Below, in pieces: positions 1-10,050 of a stretch of 43,281 nt of DNA (within the stretch, counting starts at the first letter, position 1; each line of letters opens with the position of its first letter). The notes under the pieces are model-generated. The model did not search any database. It saw nothing but the letters and a program-made list of their open reading frames with translations, and was not told the origin of the DNA. The DNA is from Chiloscyllium plagiosum (taxonomy: Eukaryota). The translations under genes were made by a program, and so were the position numbers. Location: contig NC_057719.1 of the NCBI RefSeq assembly GCF_004010195.1, forward strand, positions 23,501,217 to 23,544,497, in the 5' to 3' direction.

Positions 1-890
1 TCAGGGCTGATAAGTTTATCAACCCCATTCTATTACTTTCTCCCTATAACCTTTGATCGCCTTGGCAATCAAGAACCTCTCTATCTCAGTGTCTTAAATA
101 TATTCAATGACCTGGCCTCCACAGCCCTCTGTAGCAGTGAATTCCATAGATTCACCACTCTCTGGCTGAAAAGTTTCTTCCTATCTGCATTCTAAAAGGT
201 CTCCCCTTTACTCTAAGGCTGTGCCCTCATACCAATGGAAACATCTTCACAACATCCATTCTGTCCAGGCTTTTTAATATTCTGTATGCTTCAAATAGGT
301 GCCCACATCCTTCTAAACTCCATTGCATATCGAGCCAGAGTCCTAAAATGCTCCTCATAATGTTAAGCTTTTCATTCCTGGAACCATTCTCGTGAACTCC
401 TCTGAACATGCTCCAGGGCCAGTACATCCTTCCTGAGATATGAGACCCATAACAGCGCACAATACTCCAAATGTGGTCTGACCAGAGCCTTATAGAGCTT
501 CAGAAGTACATCCCTGCTTTTACATTCAAGTCTTCTCAAAATAAATGCTAACATTGTATATGCTTTTCTAACTACTGATTCAACCTGGAAGTTTACCTTG
601 AGAGAATCGTAGACTAGAACTCCCAAGTCTCTTTGGACTTCAGACTTCTGAATCTTTTCATTATTTGGAAAATAGTTTATGCTTCAATTCATCTTATCAA
701 AGTGCACGACCTCATATTTTTCCACAATTTACTCTATCTGCCATTTTTTTGTCCACTCTCCTAAACCCGTCCAAATCCTTCTGCAGCTTCCCCTCTTCCT
801 CAACCCTACCTGTCCCACTACTTATCTTTGTATCATCTGCAAAAGCCAGAATGCCCTCAGTTCCTTCATCTAGATCATTAATGTAAAAAG
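1..890 (-). mobile_element. CR1-clade LINE fragment (RT C-terminal half and 3' region), decayed
   Basis: Minus ORF 372-626 reads KAYTMLAFI..LLKLYKALVRPHLEYC..W...LEHVQR, typical of the CR1 ORF2 C-terminus. The reverse complement of ~829-844 encodes the RT motif FADDT. Confidence 0.9.
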
Positions 891-1246
891 TGAAAAGTCC
901 AAGCTATGGACCTTAGATATGTAATCTGATTGATAAAGATTTTTGGTAGGCAAGTAAATGGGATTTGGTGAATTGAGTTGTGGCTCAGTCTGAGGGTGCA
1001 ATCCATTTGAAGATGCATTCACTGACTTTGACCACTCATGTCCCATCTTTAAACTTATCTTGAAACTGCATCCAGCTTTTCTGGCTTGACCCCTGACATT
1101 GACCTCTGCAGCAATCTGACAACATTAGCTTTTGACTTGTATCTGGAGAATCTCCTGTCTGCATGAGAAAACAGCGCATTTCTCCCACCCTCATCATTCA
1201 AGACCTCCAGCCCAGTCAGCAAAACTCCAAGCTCATTCTTTTCCAT

Positions 1247-1372
1247 AGTAAAAACAAATTACTGCGGATGCTGGAATCTGAAACCAAAAAAGAGAAAATG
1301 CTGGAAAATCTCAGTAAGTCAGATGCTGCCAGACTTGCTGAGATTTTCCAGCATTTTCTATTTTTGGTTTCA
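1247..1372 (-). mobile_element. Short inverted-repeat Penelope-like terminal fragment with 14 bp TSD
   Basis: Arms 1279-1320 and 1332-1372 are near-perfect reverse complements. Unpaired tail 1247-1278. Direct repeat tcattcttttccat at 1233-1246 and 1370-1383. Sequence resembles the other PLE ends in the window (gatgctgcc..gac.tgctg..ttttccagca). Confidence 0.75.
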
Positions 1373-1620
1373 TTCTTTTCCATGTTTTATCATTCCTCAG
1401 TTTTCCCAAGTCACAGACTATTGAGCACAATTCACTCCAATCGCTGCAGCCACAAGACTCTATCCCTCATTAAGGTGCAGCCTGATTTTAACACAACTGG
1501 TGAATAGTGTGGTTAGCTCTGATTATGTACAGCCATCATTCTAATTCACAGGAATCTCAAGGTTGGTGGATTATTCATATATCATGATTCCCATGCCTAT
1601 TTTAGGGGGTCACTCACTCG

Positions 1621-2041
1621 GGGTTGTTTTCCCTGGAGGGTCAAAAGCTGAGGGGTGACCTCATAGAGGTGTATAAAATTATGAGGGGCATGAATAGGAT
1701 AAATAGACAAAGTCTTTTCCCTGGGGTGGGGGAGTCCAGAACTAGAGGGCATAGGTTTAGGGTGAGAGGGGAAAGATATAAAAGGGACCTAAGGGGCAAC
1801 TTTTTCTTGCAGAGGGTGGTACATGTATGGAATGAGCTGCCAGAGGATGTGGTGGAGGGCTGGCACAATTACAACATTTAAAAGGCATCTGGGTGGGATA
1901 CGAATAGGAAGGGTTTAGAGGGATATAGGCCAAGTGCTGGAAAATGGGACTACATTAGGTTGGGATATCTGGTCGACATGGACGAGTTGGACTGAATGGT
2001 CTGTTTCCATGCTGTACATCTCTATGACTCTATGACTCTAT
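1621..2041 (+). mobile_element. 5'-truncated CR1/HER1 LINE 3' end
   Basis: ORF 1624-1881 (FSLE..KLRGDLIEVYKIMRG..RTRGH..FFLQRVVHVWNELP) is the CR1 ORF2 C-terminus. Ends in a (ctatgact)n tail at ~2021-2040. Confidence 0.92.
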
Positions 2042-2087
2042 ACTTGCCCCTCTCTTACAGGGCAAGGTTGTATACGTTCAGAGGTAG

Positions 2088-2453
2088 AGTCAAGATTAGA
2101 GTAGTGCTGGATATGCACAGCAGGTCAGGGAGCATCCGAGGAGCAGGAAAATTGATGTTTCGGGCCAAAGCCCTTCATCAGGATTTTATAAAATTCTATG
2201 AGGTCACCCCTCAGCTTTCAACACTCCAGGGAAAACAGCCTTGAGTGAGTGACCCCTAAAATAGGCATGGTAATCAAGATATATGAAATAACTACCAAAC
2301 TTGAGATTGACCAGGAATTTCCTGATGAATGGCTTTGGCCCGAAACATCAACTTTCCTGCTCCTCAGATGCTGCCTGACCTGCAGTGCTTTTCCAGCACT
2401 ACTCTGACCTTGACTTTAATCTCCAGCATCTGCAGTACCCACTTTCGCCTCCA
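2088..2453 (+). mobile_element. Inverted Penelope-like element with 11 bp TSD and a captured local-DNA spacer
   Basis: Arms ~2088-2183 and 2320-2417 (about 90% identical by eye). TSD ttcagaggtag at 2077-2087 and 2454-2464. Hammerhead-like CTGATGA..GAAA in both arms. Spacer 2184-2308 is the reverse complement of 1553-1678. Confidence 0.85.
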
Positions 2454-3424
2454 TTCAGAGGTAGCAGAATTAACCGGTAGGATCAGTTGTATTGGAACAC
2501 TCAAAAAGAGATGGCACTGACCATTACTGCGATGCTCAATTTAATCCCTTGACTATGTTTAAATCTAAAGCCACATTTCTGCCTTAGACAATATCATGTC
2601 ATTTACCAGCCTTTTGACTCTCTGCTATCCAGTTCTGGTCCATTTCAATTGACAAGCCAGAAGTTCTAGTTTAAAGGGTGGATGATCAGATGACACTGGA
2701 TATTCCCTCTTAGTTTGTTCACATTATAAAAAAACCCTATTACATTATCGTCAACTTAAATCAAGTCCTCAGTGGAATTAGATAAGATTATTACTGAATT
2801 ACTCCAATTAATTTGAAAATGTGGAATTAGAAACTGTAAAGAACAGATCATCTGGAAATTCAACATTTATGGTAGAGGATGGTTTAATGTTTGATAATGA
2901 CTTTAGTATGTTATTAAATCCTAAATATGGGGAGCCCTTATATTGAAATAGACGCCCACATTTCCAAAGAGTGTTTGAAATGTGACTAGATGTGAAACAA
3001 GATAAAATTATTTTTACAGCTTTCATCTCAAAAAGTAAATGCTTATCCAAAAAGATTGCCAAATTGTATGGTCTGTGAAGTACACTGAAAAAGAAATCAA
3101 ACTCAGATTGGCATCCTGCATTGTATCAATGCAGTAATTCTAGTTTACTGTTTCTATTCTAAAGTCTCTCAGGAAATGGTCAGCATCAATAATCCAAAGC
3201 ACTTATTAAGATATGTAGCCAATAATTTTTATTATTCCTTCTATTTGCGTTGTCTTGGTTGTAAAACTTAAAAGATAAAACATAATTTCTCCCTACTCAA
3301 TTTCTTTCATTGCCTTACAAAAGGTTCAGGATATATGTCTGAACTTTGACCAATCATGCAAATTAGAATCAGTAGCTTTATATCTCTCATGACTTTTACT
3401 TCTATTGAAGTCAATGGAAATTAA

Positions 3425-3645
3425 GTTAAAAATCACACAACACCAGGTTATAGTCCAACAGGTTTAATTGGAAGCACACTAGCTTTCGGAGTGACGCTCC
3501 TTCATCAGGTCATCAGGACAATCACCTGATGAAGGACCGTCGTTCCGAAAGCTAGTGTGCTTCCAATTAAACCTGTTGGACTATAACCTGGTGTTGCGTG
3601 ATTTTTAACTGTGTACACCCCAGTCCAACACCGGAATCTCCGAAT
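3425..3645 (+). mobile_element. Inverted Penelope-like element (second family) with 12 bp TSD
   Basis: 87 bp arms 3424-3510 and 3524-3610, 13 bp spacer, tail 3611-3645. TSD aatggaaattaa at 3413-3424 and 3646-3657. Confidence 0.88.
3523..3557 (+). ncRNA. Minimal type I hammerhead ribozyme motif (predicted)
   Basis: CAC | CTGATGA (3526-3532) A | GGA..TCC | GAAA G-C TA | GTG. Helix I is CAC/GTG. Predicted cleavage after CUA at 3554. The left arm holds the antisense copy with helix II GGAG/CTCC. Confidence 0.6.
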
Positions 3646-3912
3646 AATGGAAATTAAAGTTGGGAGGAATGTAAAATGGACTGGTGTGTCACTATCACTT
3701 GTCTTACTCTATTGAACAAAGTTGAAACCCACCTTTAACTCCTTTAGCATTTCTGCATCCTTCTGTACAAATCATCAAAGGTTAAGTATGAATTAAAGGC
3801 AAGTCATCTTGATACATCTGTTTGAAGTGTGCAGTTGTTTCGATTGGAAATAGTTGGGTTTACAAAATAGTGTGGTTAATGCAAGTTTAAAATTACTTTG
3901 CCCATTGATAGA

Positions 3913-4502
3913 CAGTGGTGCCTCGGAATCTGAATTTAATTCGTTCCAGGAGGCTGTTCGGATTGTGAAAATGTTCGGTTTCCGAAACTATTTTCCCCAT
4001 AAGAAGTAATGGAAAGTGAATTAATCCATTTCTGGACCCAAAACAAAAACATTTTAATGACACTTTTCACTGCAAATACACATGGTTAAGGTAAAATAGG
4101 ATGAGCAAATTACCTAAATATCAAGTAATAATAATAAAAGCAAGAAATGAATGTACTAACATAAAAATAACTTCATTTACCTTAGTGAGGAGTGCTAATG
4201 GTGAATGCACTTATTTGCTTCACTGCACTTCTTGGGTGCCATGGTGAATGTACAAGGGTGATAATTAAAATAAACAGCACAAATCAAGGTGAAAACACGA
4301 GGTAAACTAGTGATGGACACACGAGAGGTGCTTTCACGACTACTTCCCGGGACGAACTGAACAAACAATGTGCGACCTGAACGGTACGTGGTGTTCGGAT
4401 TCTGAAAATGTATTCGGATTTTGGACAAAATTTTCTTGAAATAATTGTTCGGATTCCAAGTTGCTCGAACAATAGGGCATTCGGATTCTGGGGTCATCAC
4501 TG
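3913..4502 (-). mobile_element. Tigger/pogo-like (Tc1-mariner) non-autonomous DNA transposon
   Basis: Imperfect TIRs: cagtggtgcctcggaatctgaat and (reverse complement) cagtgatgaccccagaatccgaat. TA follows the right end. Several subterminal ttcggatt motifs. An MAPKK-type transposase start remnant lies on the minus strand near 4242. Confidence 0.7.
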
Positions 4503-5024
4503 TACATACAGGTTTGTTTCGAAAACAATCCTGACAGCCTGTAACATAATTAAAATGTGAGGTATTTCTTAAAATTAATGATCAAAAGTTAATGACTTGG
4601 AAATATAAATTGCCTTTATTGATTGAGTTTTAATATCTGGTCACAGCTTCAGTATTTCAATGATCTAAAGGGATTAATGATGCACAACTAACATCTTGGT
4701 GATATTGCAGTCTCCTAATTAGCCGAAAGCATGAAGTTGTGAAAATGGACTGAAAAAATTTGTTCTAACTGACAAGTACAAGTGAAAAATTTGACTTTAT
4801 TTATATGGAATCCCTGCAGGAAAGCAAATATCCCAGTAAGATCGCAATGGTTTAGGAAAGCAACGTCAGTGGTGAAATAAATCTTCAAATTCACCCCACG
4901 ATCATTAGTTAACCATTAGCTCCCTTACTTCTCTGCAAAATACCTTTAGATAGCCATAACAATTTCTACTGATCTTAAATGAAGAGCATGACACTATCCC
5001 AAATTGTTGTATTATTTTCTCTCT

Positions 5025-5458
5025 GGGATATTTACAAACGAGAGGGACCGTATTGTTGAAGAGGAGAGTGTGAAATGGACTGGTAAGCTAGAGGAGATAC
5101 TTGTTAGGAAGGAAGATGTGTTGGACATTTTGAATAACTTGAGGATAGACAAGTCCTCTGGGCCTGACGGGTTATATCTGGGATTATGTGGGAAGCAAGA
5201 GAGGAAATTGCAGAGCCGTTGGCAATGATCTTTTCGTCTTCACTGTCCACAGGGGACTGGAGAGTGGCGAATGTTGTGTCCCTGTTCAAAAAAGGGAATA
5301 GGGATAACCCCAGGAATTACAGGCCAGTTAGTCTTACTTCAGTGGTAGGCAAAGTAATGGAAAGGGTACTGAGGGATAGGATTTATGAGTATCTGGAAAG
5401 ACACTGCTTGATTAGGGACAGCCAGCACGGATTTGTGAAGGGGAGGTCTTGCCTTACA
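5025..5458 (+). mobile_element. CR1 LINE fragment (start of RT domain)
   Basis: Encodes DKSSGPDG and DWRVANVVSLFKKGNRDNPRNYRPVSLTSVVGKVME..SQHGFVKGRSCLT, which are canonical CR1 RT N-terminal motifs. Confidence 0.93.
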
Positions 5459-5471
5459 NNNNNNNNNNNNN
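5459..5471. other. Assembly gap (13 N)
   Basis: Run of n characters. Confidence 0.99.
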
Positions 5472-6043
5472 CAATAAGCTTCTATCTGCAATTTGAGAGG
5501 GAGAGGGTACAGTCGGAAGTGACAGCATTTCTGTTGAATAAAGGGAATTATGGAGCTATGAGGGAGGAGCTGGCCAAAGTTCAATTGTGCAATACCTTAG
5601 CAGGGATGACCGTGGAGGAACAATGGCGGATATTTCTGTGTATAATGCAGAAGTTGCAGGATCAGTTCATTCCTAAAAGGAAGAAAGATCCCAGGAGGAG
5701 GCATGGGCGGCCGTGGCTGACGAGGGAAGTTAAGAAACATATAAAGTTAAAAGAGAAAAGGGAGAACATAGCAAAGATAATTAGGAAAACTGAGGACTGG
5801 GAAGCTTTTAAAGAGCAACAGAGGATTACTAAGAAGGAAATACGCAGAGGAAAAATGAGATATGAAGGTTAACTGGCCAATAATGAGTGGTGGGGGCATG
5901 GAATGCGCTGCCTGTGGTAGTGGTAGAGTCAGAATCTTTGGTGACCTTTAAGCGGCATTTGGATAGGTACATGGATGGGTGCTTAAGCTAGGACAAATGT
6001 TCGGCACAACATCGTGGGCCGAAGGGCCTGTTCTGTGCTGTAT
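5472..6043 (+). mobile_element. CR1 LINE pieces: EN-RT linker region joined directly to the 3' terminus
   Basis: 5472-5880 encodes KGNYGAMREELAKV..VEEQWRIF..FIPKRKK..PWLTREVK. 5885-6043 is the 3' end and matches the reverse complement of ~43020-43180. Confidence 0.88.
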
Positions 6044-6478
6044 TGTTCTATGTTCTATGTTCTATGTTCTATGTTCTATGTTCTATGTTCTATGTTCTAT
6101 GTTCTATGTTCTATGTTCTATGTTCTATGTTCTATGTTCTATGTTCTATGTTCTATGTTCTATGTTCTATGTTCTATGTTCTATGTTCTATGTTCTATGT
6201 TCTATGTTCTATGTTCTATGTTCTATGTTCTATGTTCTATGTTCTATGTTCTATGTTCTATGTTCTATGTTCTATGTTCTATGTTCTATGTTCTATGTTC
6301 TATGTTCTATGTTCTATGTTCTATGTTCTATGTTCTATGTTCTATGTTCTATGTTCTATGTTCTATGTTCTATGTTCTATGTTCTATGTTCTATGTTCTA
6401 TGTTCTATGTTCTATGTTCTATGTTCTATGTTCTATGTTCTATGTTCTATGTTCTATGTTCTATGTTCTATGTTCTAT
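6044..6478 (+). repeat. (TGTTCTA)n heptamer tandem repeat, about 62 copies
   Basis: Apparently perfect 7 bp period over 435 bp, directly continuing the CR1 3' tail. Confidence 0.98.
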
Positions 6479-6767
6479 ACCAAGGATAAATCTTGATACA
6501 AATGAATAAGTGATGGAGTAGAGGGGAAGTTCAGGTTTTGTTGAAGAATAGTTCTAAAAAAACATTGAAATAGCACCTCATCATGTTGACAAATGTTTAA
6601 AAATTTCTACACAATAAGTAGAATGTACTGATTGTTGTCATACAACCAACTAGGGCAGCCAATAGTATCTGATGAACAGCAATTTGATTAATCACCAATT
6701 TATTTGGTTTTCAAGGTGTTTAATGAAGAAGGAAAGTTAGCTTGAGTACTGGAGAACTTCCTACACC

Positions 6768-6990
6768 TTTTATCATTCACTCATGGCATGTGGCTATGCC
6801 AGAATTTATTACCCAAGCCTCACTGTCCTTAAGAAAGTAACATTGAGCTGCCTTTTTGAATGGCTACTGTCCATTTGCTAAAGGTATCTCACAGTGCTGT
6901 TCGGGAGGAAGCACCAGGATTTTGACACAGCAACACTGAAGGAATGATAATGCAGTTCTAAGCTAGGCTGGTGAGTCGCTTGGAGGGACT
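6768..6990 (-). mobile_element. Old LINE 3' region (part 1; probably resumes at ~7643-7772)
   Basis: The reverse complement ends gggtaataaattctggcatagcc..gtgaatgataaaa, the same tail as the SINE at 25091-25411. Continuity with 7643-7772 rests on my recalled family consensus. Confidence 0.6.
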
Positions 6991-7341
6991 CCATTACTGT
7001 ACTGTTAAGTAATATATAATAATATGTAATTTACTGATGTATGTCTACTTTCTACCTAAGATTAAATTATTATCAATAAGAACAGTTGGTGTCAAATCCA
7101 TACAAGACATCCACATAGTGCCTGACATTACAAGCACACCAAAGTATATGAGATTAAGGTTATTTTCCATATCAATGTATGTTAGGTTTTTGTTTTTCAT
7201 CTTATGCATTGATGAAAATATCTTATCTGTACCTTTTCACGTTTGGCCGAAGCTGATTAATTACATAGCAATTGTTTAGTTCAACTAGTGTATGACTTGG
7301 CTCCTGTAATGGAGGATGATCCTGAAATTCTATGCACAAGT

Positions 7342-7642
7342 ACAGTACAGTAATAGAGTCACTCAGCATGGAAACACATCTTTCGATACAACTCAAAACG
7401 CCAACTATGTTTCCCAATCTAAACTAATACTACTTGCCTGCATTTGGCCTGTATCCCTCTAAATCTTTCCTGTTCATGTATATGTCCAAATGTCTTTTAA
7501 ATGTTGTAACTATTCCTGCATCTACCACTTCTTCTGGAAGTTCATTGCACATATGAACCACCCTTTGCAAGAAAAGGTTGCCCCTCAGGTCCCTTTTAAA
7601 TCTTTATTTTCTGACATCAAAATTATGTCCCCTAGTTTTGAA
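7342..7642 (-). mobile_element. CR1 LINE 3' end fragment
   Basis: Reverse-complement similarity to the CR1 end at 1735-2040 (for example cccctcaggtcccttttaaatcttt, aaatgtcttttaaatgttgtaac). Confidence 0.85.
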
Positions 7643-8121
7643 ACACTTGCGGAAGATGATAAGGGCCATGGGTTTAGAAGGTACAGTCTCAGGACCCTTG
7701 GTGAATTTCTGTTGGGCATCTGGTAGTGGTATGCACTACTGCTACTGAGCGTCTTTGATGGAGGAAGTGAACAGAATATTTATGTCTATGTAAGCGAGTT
7801 AATGTTATTATATTTAACCTCAGTAGTTTCACTGTGTTGATGACTTATGCATAGAATTTCAGGATCATCCTCCATTACAGGAGCCAAGTCATACACTAGT
7901 TGAACTAAACAATTGCTATGTAATTAATCAGCTTCGGCCAAACGTGAAAAGGTACAGATAAGATATTTTCATCTAATGCATAAGATGAAAAACAAAAACC
8001 TAACATACATTGATATGGAAAATAACTTTAATCTCATATACTTTGGTGTGCTTGTAATGTCAGGTACTATGTGGATGTCTTGTATGGATTTGACACCAAC
8101 TGTTCTTATTGATAATAATTT

Positions 8122-8247
8122 TTTAAAAAAATTCTGTGTTACGATCGAGCCCTCCACAATCACCTGATGAAGAAGCATCGCTCCGAAAGCTAGTGTGCTT
8201 CCAATTAAACCTGTTGGACTATAACCTGGTGTTGTGTGATTTTTAAC
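8122..8247 (+). mobile_element. Penelope-like 3' fragment with hammerhead motif (same family as 3425-3645)
   Basis: 8157-8247 matches 3519-3609. CTGATGA at 8164-8170, GAAAGCTA at 8185-8192. Flanked by taattt, and absent from the left arm of the inverted duplication. Confidence 0.85.
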
Positions 8248-8324
8248 TAATTTAATCTACTTATATCTTAGGTAGAAAGTAGACATACATCAGTAAATTA
8301 TATATTATTATATATTACTTAACA

Positions 8325-8482
8325 CAGGACAACCTCAATTATCCAAATGAGACTGGCGGGGAGTATTTTGTTCAGATAACTGAGAGTTCGGATAATGGAT
8401 AACGTTTTTATGGAACCTTGAGATCTTATTAAGCTAATCCAAAATTCGGGTAATTGATGCTCAGATAATCAAGGTTGTTCCA
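8325..8482. mobile_element. Tigger-like MITE
   Basis: Imperfect TIRs ggacaacctcaattatcc and agataatcaaggttgttcc. Internal repeated (tt)cggataa-like motifs. TA follows the right end. Confidence 0.65.
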
Positions 8483-8523
8483 TAGCTAGTTACATTACAT
8501 TAGATATACATGATGTTGTCTTG

Positions 8524-9115
8524 TGTTAGGGACTAGACCAGATCACCTCAGAATATTTTAAGGTAGCCTAGACCCTATTTTTTAAATATATTTTAAAGGA
8601 AAAGGTAAAGTTTTGTGTCCCACATGCAATTTGACTGGTCAAACTACTCGAAATTAAGCAAAACGCAGTTTATTCAAACACTGTCATTAAAATATAACAA
8701 AAGAAAGAGGAATTAAGAATAACGTAACTCTATTGGAAAACTTAACAGAATAATAGACACAGTAACTATTACTAATTAACTGTTCCAATATAGTAACATC
8801 CTATAAATACACACCTTGGCAAAAAAAGAAAATTCAGGCATAGATTTTCACATGCAGTTCTCTAATCCAGGAGGAAAATAAATCAAGAGAAAATTCAGAA
8901 AGAGTAGCAGACCCCATTAGCTTCCGATGCTGCTGAAGAAAACCCAAAACCCGAATATCTGGATCTGTGAGAGCTGACCACACCAATTCAGGCTGTTTAA
9001 AAAAAATACCAAGGCCTCTCAAGCTGGTTACTCAAGTGGTCTCCAGTGGCTAGCTCGGCATCTCTTTAAAAAAAAACACAACAAAATAACTTCTTAAAGT
9101 GACGGCATCACCACG
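8524..9115. mobile_element. Solo LTR
   Basis: Starts TGTT and ends CACG (probably a mutated CA). 4 bp TSD cttg at 8520-8523 and 9116-9119. Similar in layout to the LTR at 33458-34101. Confidence 0.7.
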
Positions 9116-9449
9116 CTTGTAGGATATCAGGCTCAACATATGTGTAAGTACATCTCTAATTCCAAGAATAATCACTGAAACATACTAATTAACTCCTCCT
9201 GGGAGCAGTCCTTCATACCGTGAAGAGCAGAGCTTATCATTTGATGGCAGTTAACCCTTTCAGATACAAACTGCCTTATACAACAGCAGCATTGTAGAAT
9301 TTTGCTCATAGCTTCAAAGATCACATCAACAAAGGTGAAAGTTTGTTCACCTGAAGAAGCAACATTTTAAGCAAGCCACTTTAAATATGGAACTGATCTG
9401 AGGACTTTACAGACAGCTGCCCTTTCCCAAGTTACAATAAATGCAAAGT

Positions 9450-10050
9450 TACACAAATGCTGAAGATCTGAAACAAAAACATAAAAGAGACTGAACAGGT
9501 CTGGCAGCATCTGTGGAAAGAAAAACACAGATAACGTTTTGGGTCCAAAATTACTCTGAACTGAAGGAAATTGAACTGAAGGAAACTGAAAAATAATGTT
9601 TTGTGCTTTTGACAAAAGGGGAGAAGAAGCAAATGGAAAAGATAGGGAGGTGCCGAGAGCAAAAGGCAATTGAATGGTAATGGTAGTAGTGAAGAGATCT
9701 CGATGAGGAATTATTGTAAATGCTAGGAGTTAACAGCAGAAAAGAGCTCTCCTGAGAGAAAATCCATGTAAACAATACAGTGGGAGTGCAAGGGAAGCAG
9801 ATAATGGAATGTAATCAAATGGAAGACAATTGTCATGTTCAGAAGATGTTAAATGCAATATTGAGTCCTGATGGCTATGAAGTACTAAGTGGAAAATAAG
9901 ATATGTCGCTCTCACTTACGTTGAGCTTCATTGGAATACAGCAGAAGGCCTAGGACAGAAATGTTAGTGGGCGATTAAAATGGTGCATTGAAATGACAAG
10001 TAATTGGACGTTCGGCATAATGTTTTACAGACAGACCAAGGTATTGGCAA
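9450..10050 (-). mobile_element. Decayed Penelope-like element (GIY-YIG C-terminus plus terminal repeat)
   Basis: Minus strand ~9840-9910 gives frameshifted YLIFHL / PSGLNIAFN, resembling a PLE endonuclease C-terminus. 9455-9560 resembles the PLE ends at 21928 and 26154. Confidence 0.6.

Larger units (their letters stand above)
3335..3733. mobile_element. Old palindromic MITE-like element, interrupted by the PLE at 3425-3645
   Basis: With the insert removed, the flanks are loosely self-complementary around the centre ctattgaagtcaatgg (aactttgaccaat ~3342 versus attgaacaaagtt ~3711). Confidence 0.35.
7003..8324. repeat. Inverted duplication of ~340 bp of non-repetitive-looking DNA (arms 7003-7341 and 7843-8324)
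   Basis: Near-identical reverse complements with few mismatches. ORFs 7037-7279(+) and 7969-8178(-) share a peptide. The right arm is interrupted at ~8122-8247. Confidence 0.95.

Noticed and set aside
5186..5872. 228 aa ORF, the longest in the window
   Set aside because: Reads through an N gap and joins two out-of-order CR1 ORF2 pieces. Not a gene.
5979..6509. Three long overlapping ORFs (MFYVLCS)n
   Set aside because: Artefact of a stop-free 7 bp tandem repeat.
7037..8178. Near-identical peptides on opposite strands, suggesting paralogous genes
   Set aside because: A consequence of the inverted DNA duplication. No recognisable domain or splice structure.
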